A DNA stretch of 64,000 nt from Alphaproteobacteria bacterium (GTDB lineage Bacteria; Pseudomonadota; Alphaproteobacteria; Bin95). Positions 20,067-27,994 of the stretch are shown in pieces. The notes under the pieces were generated by a model. That model did not search any database. It had not been told where the DNA came from and was given only the letters and a program-made list of their open reading frames with translations. The first letter of the stretch is position 1. Each line of letters begins with the position of its first letter. Where the stretch lies: contig OZ224045.1 of NCBI GenBank assembly GCA_963665325.3, forward strand, positions 1,856,001 to 1,920,000. The letters are read 5' to 3'. Made by a program: the position numbers and the translations under genes.

Positions 20067-21098
20067 ATGCGGGCGAAGCAGCTAATCCACATTGTGAGCT
20101 GCCATGCTGAGGGTGAGGTGGGGGATGTCATCGTGGGCGGGGTGGCGCCGCCGCCGGGGGCAACGCTCTGGCAGCAGAGCCGGTTCATCGCGGAGGATGG
20201 CTGGCTGCGCGACGTGGTGCTGAACGAGCCGCGCGGCGGCGTCTTCCGCCATGTGAACCTGCTTGTGCCGCCGAAGGACCCGGCCGCGGCCATGGGCTTC
20301 ATCGTCATGGAGCCGGCCGACACGCCGCCCATGTCCGGCTCCAACGCCATATGCGTCGCGACGGTGCTGCTGGAGACCGGCATCGTGGCGATGGAGGAGC
20401 CGGAAACCCGCTTCCTGCTGGAGGCGCCGGGCGGGCCGGTCGAGGTCGTGGCGTCCTGCTGCGACGGCAAAGCGGAGCGGGTGCGGATACGCAACGTCCC
20501 CTCTTTCGCCGACCGCCTCGACGCGCCGCTCGAAGTCGAGGGCCTCGGCACGCTCAAGGTCGATACCGCCTATGGCGGCGACAGCTATGCCATCGTGGAT
20601 GCCCACGCACTCGGCTTCGCGCTCCGCCCGGACGAGGCGCGCGACCTCGCTGCCACCGGCATGCGTATCGTGCGGGCAGCAAACGAGCAGATCGGCTTCC
20701 GCCATCCCGAGCAGGCGGACTGGGCGCATATCTCCTTCTGCCAGTTTGCCGCCCCGCTCCAGTATCGCGAGGGCGTTCCGCACGGCCGCAATGCTGTCGC
20801 CATCCGGCCCGGCAAGATCGACCGCTCGCCCTGCGGCACCGGCTGTTCCGCCCGGCTCGCAACCCTGCATGCAAGGGGCGTTCTCGGCACGGGCGACGCC
20901 TTTGTCGGCGTGTCTCTCATCGACTCCCGCTTCGACTGCCGGATCGAAAGCGAGACGACGGTGGGCGGCCGCCCCGCCATCCTGCCCTCGCTCGCCGGCC
21001 GCGCCTGGATCACCGGCACGCACCAGGTCACGGTCGATCCCGACGATCCCTGGCCGCGCGGCTACCGCCTCAGCGACACCTGGCCGGACTATTGCTGA
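20067..21098 (+). CDS. Proline racemase-family protein (Ser/Cys active-site pair)
   Basis: [26 protein letters not shown]. Confidence 0.9.
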   Translation: MRAKQLIHIVSCHAEGEVGDVIVGGVAPPPGATLWQQSRFIAEDGWLRDVVLNEPRGGVFRHVNLLVPPKDPAAAMGFIVMEPADTPPMSGSNAICVATVLLETGIVAMEEPETRFLLEAPGGPVEVVASCCDGKAERVRIRNVPSFADRLDAPLEVEGLGTLKVDTAYGGDSYAIVDAHALGFALRPDEARDLAATGMRIVRAANEQIGFRHPEQADWAHISFCQFAAPLQYREGVPHGRNAVAIRPGKIDRSPCGTGCSARLATLHARGVLGTGDAFVGVSLIDSRFDCRIESETTVGGRPAILPSLAGRAWITGTHQVTVDPDDPWPRGYRLSDTWPDYC

Positions 21099-21125
21099 GC
21101 GGCGTGGCCGTAGAGACCCCCCGCA

Positions 21126-21640
21126 GATGTCATGAATTGTCATGTTTTGCATGCGCCGGGCGTATATTCCGTAGTCGTTTCAGGCATGAAGCTGTCCGCT
21201 CTTCGGCTTCCTCCCGCTTGCATTCACCGTCGCCCCGGCTTCCGAGCCGGAGCCCCCGCTTCCGACGCCGTCGAGACAGCGGGCGAGGGCTTCGGCGGCA
21301 GGCGCCAGCCTTGCGGCCAGCTTCGCCGCCAGTCCGGGGCGGGGGTCGGTTGCGGTCATCGGGTCTCCTCTTCCTTGTCGGTCCGGGAGCGGGCCGGCGG
21401 TTCCCTTTGCCGCGCGCGTTTCGCGCGCGGGCGTGCGTGCGCGTCGGCGCCGGCGCGGTTCGCGCGCCTGATTGCGCGCGCGAGGCGCAGGGCGCACCTT
21501 TCCTGTCGGCTTCTCGGGGGGTTTCAAAAAGGTGGCGCTGCGCAGCACCGGGGAAGCGGCTCCGGATGCCGCCTTCCCGATACCAGTCTAACACATTTTC
21601 TCACAGATCAAGAACATTAAGTGAACAATACAAGAAAATT
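21126..21640 (-). repeat. Copy A of dispersed promoter-structured leader-smORF-CATGACA element
   Basis: 21452-21499 matches the reverse complement of 62793-62840 at 45/48 nt; TGTCATG at 21128 and 21138; RBS plus ATG at 21359. Confidence 0.8.
21612..21626. promoter_or_regulatory. Alphaproteobacterial LexA (SOS) box
   Basis: GAAC-ATTAAGT-GAAC fits the GAAC-N7-GAAC consensus; adjacent to a minus-strand TTGATC and TGTTAGACT extended -10 (21593-21585). Confidence 0.65.
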
Positions 21641-21679
21641 CTAAAATGTCCCGTTCAAGCCGAACACCAGCCCCGAATT

Positions 21680-21732
21680 CGTCGCCCCGGCTTCCACGGG
21701 AACCTGGGTCCTCGCCGCTCGGGGGCGGGGAC
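21680..21732. repeat. REP-like palindromic repeat
   Basis: CGTCGCCCCGGCTTCC identical to 21228-21243; CCGCTCGGGGGCGGGGAC identical to 63107-63124. Confidence 0.55.
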
Positions 21733-21750
21733 AGGTGGGCGCCGGGGCGG

Positions 21751-22368
21751 CTATTGCGGACCGGTCTCCCGTCCGAGCAGCAGGCGGAGGCCGAGGCCGC
21801 CGAGGATGAGGGCGGCGGCGCGGTCGATATATCGTTTCGCGCGCATATAGCGTCTCGCGACGGCCTCCGTGCTCATGCAGAAGGCGAGCGCCGAATAGAA
21901 GACGACTTCCACGAGGAAGTGATTGGCGACGATGAACGCGCTGTCCCCGACGCCGAGGCCGGCCGGAAACACGGTGACGAGGACGGCGGCCGCGAAGAGC
22001 ACGGACTTCGGGTTGAGCAGGTTCACCAGGAAGCCTTGCCGGAAGGCGCGCTTCGCCGGCGCGGCTCTCGCCTCCGCCGGTGCGGACGAGTCCCTCCACA
22101 TCCGCCAGGCGAGCCAGATGAGATAGGCGGCGCCTGCGATCTTTGCCGCCGTATGGACCGCCGGGAACAGCCGGAAGACAGCGCCAAGGCCGAGCAGCGC
22201 CATTCCGGTCCACGCCGCCGCCATGGCGCCGAGGCCGATGCCAACCGCGACCCCCGCCCTTCGTCCCGCGCTCAGCGAGGTCTGCACCGCCATCAGCAGC
22301 GCCGGCCCCGGACTGGCGATCGCGGCCGCCAGCACGAGGTTGAAGGCAAGTATCTGTTCCAGCGTCAT
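21751..22368 (-). CDS. LysE family translocator
   Basis: SPGP, GAAYL, GFLVNLLNPK. Confidence 0.9.
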   Translation of the reverse strand: MTLEQILAFNLVLAAAIASPGPALLMAVQTSLSAGRRAGVAVGIGLGAMAAAWTGMALLGLGAVFRLFPAVHTAAKIAGAAYLIWLAWRMWRDSSAPAEARAAPAKRAFRQGFLVNLLNPKSVLFAAAVLVTVFPAGLGVGDSAFIVANHFLVEVVFYSALAFCMSTEAVARRYMRAKRYIDRAAALILGGLGLRLLLGRETGPQ

Positions 22369-22411
22369 GCGCCTTCCCTTTGCCGGTCCGACGGTGCCGC
22401 ATCCTTTGCGG

Positions 22412-22876
22412 TCACAGGTTCCCGTCCGTCCAGCGGCTCATGACCGTCCGCTCCTCGACCCCGTATCCGAGCCCTTCGTAAAACCGGCGCACCGCTTCGT
22501 TGTCCTCGCGGATCATCAGCATGACCTTGGGCGCTCCGGCCTCCGCGAGCCAGGCTTCGGCATGACGCATCAGCTTCTCGCCCAGACCCTGCGAGCGGTG
22601 CTCGGGCGCGACGGCGACATAATAGACCCAGCCCCTATGGCCTTCATATCCGGCCATGACGCTGCCCGCGATCCGTCCGCTGCTCTCTCTGGAGACTGCA
22701 ACGAATATGTCGGACGAGGCATTGGCACGTGCGCTCCCGATGTCTCGGAGCGGGTCGTTCCAGGGCCGCACCAGCCCGCAGGCGCGCCAGAGTTCCGCGA
22801 CCGCCTCCTCGTCTCCGTCGCGGATCGGGCGGATTGCGAACCCGGCCCTGCTCCCGCTTCCTTCGCTGCCCGGCAT
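22412..22876 (-). CDS. GNAT acetyltransferase (YpeA-like)
   Basis: GL.RPWNDP..DI, GYEGHRGWVYY, FYE.LGY. Confidence 0.88.
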   Translation of the reverse strand: MPGSEGSGSRAGFAIRPIRDGDEEAVAELWRACGLVRPWNDPLRDIGSARANASSDIFVAVSRESSGRIAGSVMAGYEGHRGWVYYVAVAPEHRSQGLGEKLMRHAEAWLAEAGAPKVMLMIREDNEAVRRFYEGLGYGVEERTVMSRWTDGNL

Positions 22877-22994
22877 CGCCCCCTCGCTCACACCCGTCGC
22901 GGCCCGATATTACGGCAGATACCGTCCACTGGCGCGCGGGCGCCGTTCGCGGCATCATCCGACCCTTCCCCATTGCCATCCGGAGGTCGGTCCC

Positions 22995-24212
22995 ATGGCT
23001 CGGCGCGGCATGAGTTTCGGCGTCTTCCTCGCTCCCTTCCATGCGCTCGGCGAGAACCCGACGCTTGCCATGGAACGGGACATGGAGCTGATCGAGTGGC
23101 TCGACCATCTGGGCTATGACGAGGCCTGGATCGGCGAGCACCATTCCGCCGGCTGGGAGATCATCGCCGCGCCGGAGATCTTCATCGGCGCCGCCCTCCA
23201 GCGCACCAAACACATCAGGCTCGGCTCGGGCGTGACCTCCTTGCCCTACCACCACCCGATGCTGGTGGCGCAGCGCTTCGTCCAGCTCGACCATATGAGC
23301 CGGGGACGCACCATGCTCGGCTGCGGGCCGGGCGCGCTGGTGACCGACGCCTACATGATGGGCATCGCGCCGACCGACCAGCGCCGGCGCATGATGGAGT
23401 CGCTGGAGGCCGTCATCGCGCTTCTGGAGTGCAAGGAACCGGTGACGATGGAGACCGACTGGTTCACGCTCCGGGAAGCGCGGCTGCATCTGGCGCCCTG
23501 GACCGAGGGCCGCTTCCCCATCGCCGTCGCCTCGACGATCACCCCCTTCGGCATGATGGCCGCCGGGCGCCACGGCATCGGCGTGCTGTCCATCGGGGCT
23601 GGCATTCCGGGCGGGCCGGAGATGCTGGCGAAGCAGTGGCAGATCGCGGAGGAGGAGGCCGCGAAGCACGGCAAGACCATGGACCGCAAGGACTGGCGGG
23701 TGGTCGTCAACATGCACCTTGCGGAGGACGACGAGGAGGCGCTGCGCCAGGTGAAGGCCGGCGAGCGGCTTGAGACCGTGACCTATTTCGAGGAGACGCT
23801 CGGCCGCCCGCCCGGCCGCGCCGACGATCCCGTGCGCGACGGCGTGAAGATGGGCACGACCCTGATCGGCTCGCCGGAGACCGCAATCAAGGGCATCGAA
23901 TACCTCCTCGAACTTTCGAAGGGCGGCTTCGGCGGCATCCTCTTCCGGGCGAACGAATGGGCGAACCGGGAAGACACGATGAAGAGCTACGAGCTGTTCG
24001 CCCGTTATGTGGCGCCTCGCTTCCAGGGCTCGATGGACACGCTCTACGGCTCCAACGCCTTCGTGCGCGAGAACCGGCTGCGCGTGCTGGAAGGCAATGT
24101 CGAGGCGGTCAAGCGCGCCTTCACCGATACCGGCCGCGAAGTCCCCGCCGGCTTCGAGGACCGCACGCTGGGCGCCGGCGACCTGCCGAAGGACAAGGAC
24201 GCGGCAGAGTAG
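22995..24212 (+). CDS. LLM class flavin-dependent monooxygenase (limonene monooxygenase-like)
   Basis: FG.FLAPFH, EAWIGEHHS.GWE, GV.SLPYHHP, GPGAL. Confidence 0.88.
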   Translation: MARRGMSFGVFLAPFHALGENPTLAMERDMELIEWLDHLGYDEAWIGEHHSAGWEIIAAPEIFIGAALQRTKHIRLGSGVTSLPYHHPMLVAQRFVQLDHMSRGRTMLGCGPGALVTDAYMMGIAPTDQRRRMMESLEAVIALLECKEPVTMETDWFTLREARLHLAPWTEGRFPIAVASTITPFGMMAAGRHGIGVLSIGAGIPGGPEMLAKQWQIAEEEAAKHGKTMDRKDWRVVVNMHLAEDDEEALRQVKAGERLETVTYFEETLGRPPGRADDPVRDGVKMGTTLIGSPETAIKGIEYLLELSKGGFGGILFRANEWANREDTMKSYELFARYVAPRFQGSMDTLYGSNAFVRENRLRVLEGNVEAVKRAFTDTGREVPAGFEDRTLGAGDLPKDKDAAE

Positions 24213-24264
24213 CGGTCACGGGGCTCGCACCATCCCCCTGTCGTGAACGGCGGACACAGCACAT

Positions 24265-25059
24265 ATGCCTCTGGCGCGGATCGAAGGCGGCGACATCCAT
24301 TACGAGGAGAGCGGCGGCGGCGCGGCGCTGGCGATGCTGCTGCCGCAAAGCGGCGGGCCGGTCGGCGTGCGTCCGTTCCTCGACCGGATGGCGGAGTGCT
24401 TCCGGGTCGTCCGCTACGATCAGCGCGGTACCGGCCGGAGCGCGCCGGTAGCAGCGCCCGAGGACATGACCATGACGGGCCGCGCCGGAGAGCTTGCCGG
24501 GCTTCTCGATGCGCTCGGGATCGGGAAGGCGCACCTGTTCTGCCATTCCACCGGCTGCGGTATCGGCCTTGCGTTCGCGGCCTCCCGCCCGGAGCGGGTG
24601 GCGGGGCTGGTCCTGGCGAATCCGTGGAGCCATGGCGACGTGCATCTGACGACCATGCAACGCCTGCGGGTGGCCGCCGCGCGTGCGCTCGACCCCTATC
24701 GTTATGCCTGGTTCAACGCCAGCCTGCTGTTCCCGCCCGACTACCGCCGCGCGCACACCGGGGCGTTCGAGGCGCTGGCAAGCAACGCCGCGCCGCAGGA
24801 CGCCGACGGAATCGAGGCCCGTCTGGAGGCGATCCTGGCCTTCGACGCCCGCCCGCTGGCGCCGGGCCTCTCCTGCCCCGTTCTGATAGCGACCGCTGCC
24901 GACGACCAGCTGATGCCGCCCTGGTTCGGCGCGGAGCTGGCGGCGTCGATTCCCGGCGCGGCCCATCTGGCGCTCGACGGCGGCGGCCATATGCTGCCGG
25001 AGACGCGCGCCGATGCGTTGGGCGAAGCGGTTATTGAATTCCTCGACGGCGTCGCCTGA
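24265..25059 (+). CDS. Alpha/beta hydrolase, RutD-like
   Basis: YDQRGTGRS, CHSTG, DDQL, GGH; RutD-like spacing. Confidence 0.75.
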   Translation: MPLARIEGGDIHYEESGGGAALAMLLPQSGGPVGVRPFLDRMAECFRVVRYDQRGTGRSAPVAAPEDMTMTGRAGELAGLLDALGIGKAHLFCHSTGCGIGLAFAASRPERVAGLVLANPWSHGDVHLTTMQRLRVAAARALDPYRYAWFNASLLFPPDYRRAHTGAFEALASNAAPQDADGIEARLEAILAFDARPLAPGLSCPVLIATAADDQLMPPWFGAELAASIPGAAHLALDGGGHMLPETRADALGEAVIEFLDGVA

Positions 25060-25084
25060 CCCGCCCGGACTCGCGGCCCTCCGC

Positions 25085-26473
25085 TCACGCCTCCGCCACT
25101 TCCTCGCTCAGGCGCACGACCACCGAATCGAGCCGGTCGACCGCCTCGTCGATCTCGCTGCGGTCGATGCAGAGCGGTGGCGCCACCGGGACGACATGGC
25201 CGCCGCGGCCGAGCATCCCGTGTTCCCGCATGAGCCGCACGACGCGCCCGTCCAGCCCGAACTCCTTCGGGAACTGCGCCCGCGTCCCGCGGTCCTTCAC
25301 CAGCTCGACGGCGCAGAGCAGCCCCATGCCGCCGCGCACATCGCCCACGATTTCGTGCTTGCGAAGCGTCTGGAGGCGCTCGAACAGGTAATCGCCCATC
25401 TCGCGGGAGCGCGCCGCCATGTTCTCGCCTTCCATGATGTCGAGATTGGCGAGCGCGGCGGCGCAGGAGGCCGGATTGCCCCCGAAGGTGATGAGATGCT
25501 GGAAGACCCGCTCCTCGCCGCCGGAGAAGGCGTCCGCGACCTTGCCCGTCGCGATCGTCGCGCCAATGGGCAGGTAGCCGCTGGTCAGTGCCTTGGCGAC
25601 GGTGAAGATGTCGGGCTTCACGCCCCACTGCTCCATCGCGAACATCTTCCCCGTCCGGCAGAAGCCGGTGATGACCTCATCGGCGATTAGCAGCACGCCG
25701 TAGCGGTCGCAGATCTCGCGCACCTGGGGCCAATAGTCCGGGTGCGGCACATGGATGCCCGCCGCCGCCGAGATCGGCTCGCCGATGAAGGCCGCCACCG
25801 TCGCCGGGCCCTCGTGCAGGATCGCCCGCTCGACGTCGCGGGCGCATTCCATGCTGCACGAGCCCGCGTCCGCGCACAGGTGGCAGCGCCAGGACGCCGG
25901 TTGGGCCACATGGATATTGCCCGGCACGAGCGGGCCGAAATGCATCGGCACGCTGCCGCCGCCCGGCCCGCCGCGCCCGAGGCTGGTGCAGGCGAGCGTG
26001 GCGCCGTGATAGGAGCCGCGCCGGGAGAGTACCTTCCAGCGCGTCGGCTCGCCGTTCAGGTGGTGGTAGTTCTTGGCGAGCTTGAGCGCCGTCTCATTCG
26101 CCTCCGAGCCGCCGCTCACGAAATAGACCCGCGCCGCTTCGTCCTGGCTGAGGCGGGCGAGACGGCCCGAAAGCTCCGCCGTTGCCGGGCTCACCGTGTC
26201 GCTCGGCGTGAAGGCAAGCTCCAGCATCTGGCGATAGACCGCATCGGCGATCTCCTGCCGGCCGTGGCCGATATTCACCAGCCAGAGCCCCGACATGGTA
26301 TCGAACCAGCGCTCCCCCTCGCCGTCCACCACCCACACCCCCTTGCCATGGGTGACGACCTGAAGGCCGGTCTTGCCCTCGACATTCCCCGCCGGACGGG
26401 AATGCGGCCAGAAATGATCCCTGGCGTCGGCGCGCGCCTTGTCGAGGTCGGGTGCGTTGGCGAAATCGGGCAT
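25085..26473 (-). CDS. Class III PLP aminotransferase
   Basis: [32 protein letters not shown]. Confidence 0.92.
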   Translation of the reverse strand: MPDFANAPDLDKARADARDHFWPHSRPAGNVEGKTGLQVVTHGKGVWVVDGEGERWFDTMSGLWLVNIGHGRQEIADAVYRQMLELAFTPSDTVSPATAELSGRLARLSQDEAARVYFVSGGSEANETALKLAKNYHHLNGEPTRWKVLSRRGSYHGATLACTSLGRGGPGGGSVPMHFGPLVPGNIHVAQPASWRCHLCADAGSCSMECARDVERAILHEGPATVAAFIGEPISAAAGIHVPHPDYWPQVREICDRYGVLLIADEVITGFCRTGKMFAMEQWGVKPDIFTVAKALTSGYLPIGATIATGKVADAFSGGEERVFQHLITFGGNPASCAAALANLDIMEGENMAARSREMGDYLFERLQTLRKHEIVGDVRGGMGLLCAVELVKDRGTRAQFPKEFGLDGRVVRLMREHGMLGRGGHVVPVAPPLCIDRSEIDEAVDRLDSVVVRLSEEVAEA

Positions 26474-26645
26474 GGCGGGGGCCTCCCTGCTGGCGGCGCG
26501 GACTGTCGGCGAAAATTGCCGGGGGTTCGGGGACGCGCCGGGCCCGGCCCGCGCTCCGCGCTCCGTCGGCGTCCGCGCAGACTGTACCACCCGCCCCGAA
26601 GCCCGAACAGCGCACGTTCCCGTTCCGGACGGAGGAGGCCGGGGC

Positions 26646-27275
26646 CCACTCCAGCGGGATGTCATGAAGTGTCATGTTTCGTCATGGTCCGGTCTCCGCC
26701 TCGGCCGTTTCTGCGGATTCGGGGTCGTGCGCTCGCGGGGCATCGCGCCTCCTTTTCGCCGTCGACAGTCCCGGACACTCCCGCGGCGGCGGAGCGTCCC
26801 TGTTTCGCGCGTAACACGCGCGGGCGGGCGGGCGTGTCAGCGCCGGCGCGGTTCGCGCGCCTGATTGCCCGCGCGCCTGTGCGCGAGGCGGCGAGGGTCC
26901 ACTCCACCGGGATGTCATGTTTTGTCATGTTCCGGTTTCCATCCCCGGGCGTTCGCGCCGGTCCGCGGGTCGTCCATCGTGCATCGCAGCCTCCTTTCAT
27001 CACCGGTTTCCTCCGCTCCCCGGGCCGGGGGCGCGTCCCCGCCTCACGCGTACCGTGTGTGCGGGCCTGCGGGCGGGCGCGCAAGCCAAGCCAGGCGCAG
27101 GGCGCACCCGTCCCGTCCGCTCGCGCCGGGGAATTTGCGGCGCCCGGCCATCGCTTCCCTGCGCAGAAAAGCCGAAAGGCGACCCCGGACGCCGCCTCTC
27201 CCTACGCCCATAATAGCACAGAATTCCTCAGGCCGAGCATGATTTAGGAAATATTACGGGATAATTGTGAACGAA
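26646..27275 (-). repeat. Copy B of the dispersed element, two units in tandem
   Basis: CCACTCCA.CGGGATGTCATG at 26646 and 26899; two AAGGAGG+ATG sites (26984, 26743); conserved hairpins at 27174-27200, 27093-27109 and 26853-26876; TGCTATTAT extended -10 at 27218-27210. Confidence 0.8.
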
Positions 27276-27430
27276 CCGCTGTAAGTCGTCTCAATCCAGG
27301 TCCTTCCGCCGGGGACGGTCTTCTCGGCGGCGTGTCCCGTGGGAGTCGGTGCGGCAAGGCTCGGCATACAGAAGGAACCTTCGCTCCGAGCCGCAGCTCT
27401 CGAGCGACTACCACATCCGTATGTACTTCG

Positions 27431-27910
27431 TTAGAACCGTTCCATTCTCACGTTAAGAAGGTCGTTAGGAAATGCACGAATCAAAAGAGCCTCCACTGCT
27501 GATATGTGATTGTGTTCCACTTCGTAGGCACTGATGTAGGACGCCAGATCATACAACCTAGTTGACATCTTTTTGACTCTTCGGTGTTGTCTATCTGCTC
27601 GGTGAAATTCACGATTCCTTACATAAGGATGACTAACCAGAAATACTTTCCTCGTGTCGCTATGGCCGAGGTTTCGGTTAAATGCGTTCTTCGCCTCGAA
27701 CCAAAGGCTTCTCTGCTCAGTTTTCCCAACATATAGGGCGCGACCTCTGCTATCGTAAAATAGGTAAATTCCGCTCGCAGCTTCCAGCGCCTGACGGAGG
27801 CCATTGTTATATCTGTATTCGTCTTCATCAGTTGGAAACAGATCGTATGAGCCATTATTGCCAGTCGGTGTTGCATCAAGGAAAAAGAATTCTACTATGG
27901 GTCTTATCAC
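27431..27910 (-). CDS. GIY-YIG nuclease-like protein (low GC)
   Basis: GIYLFYDSRGRALYVGKT, later E.LLI...P..LLN; AGGAG before GTG; visibly more AT-rich than the flanks. Confidence 0.7.
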   Translation of the reverse strand: MIRPIVEFFFLDATPTGNNGSYDLFPTDEDEYRYNNGLRQALEAASGIYLFYDSRGRALYVGKTEQRSLWFEAKNAFNRNLGHSDTRKVFLVSHPYVRNREFHRADRQHRRVKKMSTRLYDLASYISAYEVEHNHISAVEALLIRAFPNDLLNVRMERF

Positions 27911-27994
27911 GCCGTCGCTCCTGAAATGTGCTGCTTGATCGGTTGTGATATTTCCCGAACCCAGGTTCGAAAATGGAGATTCTAAAGCTATTTT

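Noticed and set aside
21180-21359. Type I toxin peptides in the element
   Set aside because: Peptides are hydrophilic and non-conserved with no transmembrane helix; no antisense RNA identified
21130-21620. Long ORFs across the element copies (21132-21620, 26439-26864, 62684-63166 and others, sharing ARFARLIARAR)
   Set aside because: The shared peptide is the antisense translation of the conserved DNA hairpin; frames, starts and lengths differ between copies
26646-26930. CRISPR array
   Set aside because: Only two 21-nt junction repeats 253 bp apart plus 7-mers at 10-bp period; no repeat-spacer geometry and no cas genes
27397-27414. CTCTCGAG..ACTA.C.C similarity (14/18) to the IS110 end at 63217-63234
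   Set aside because: Too short to separate from chance; no transposase remnant nearby
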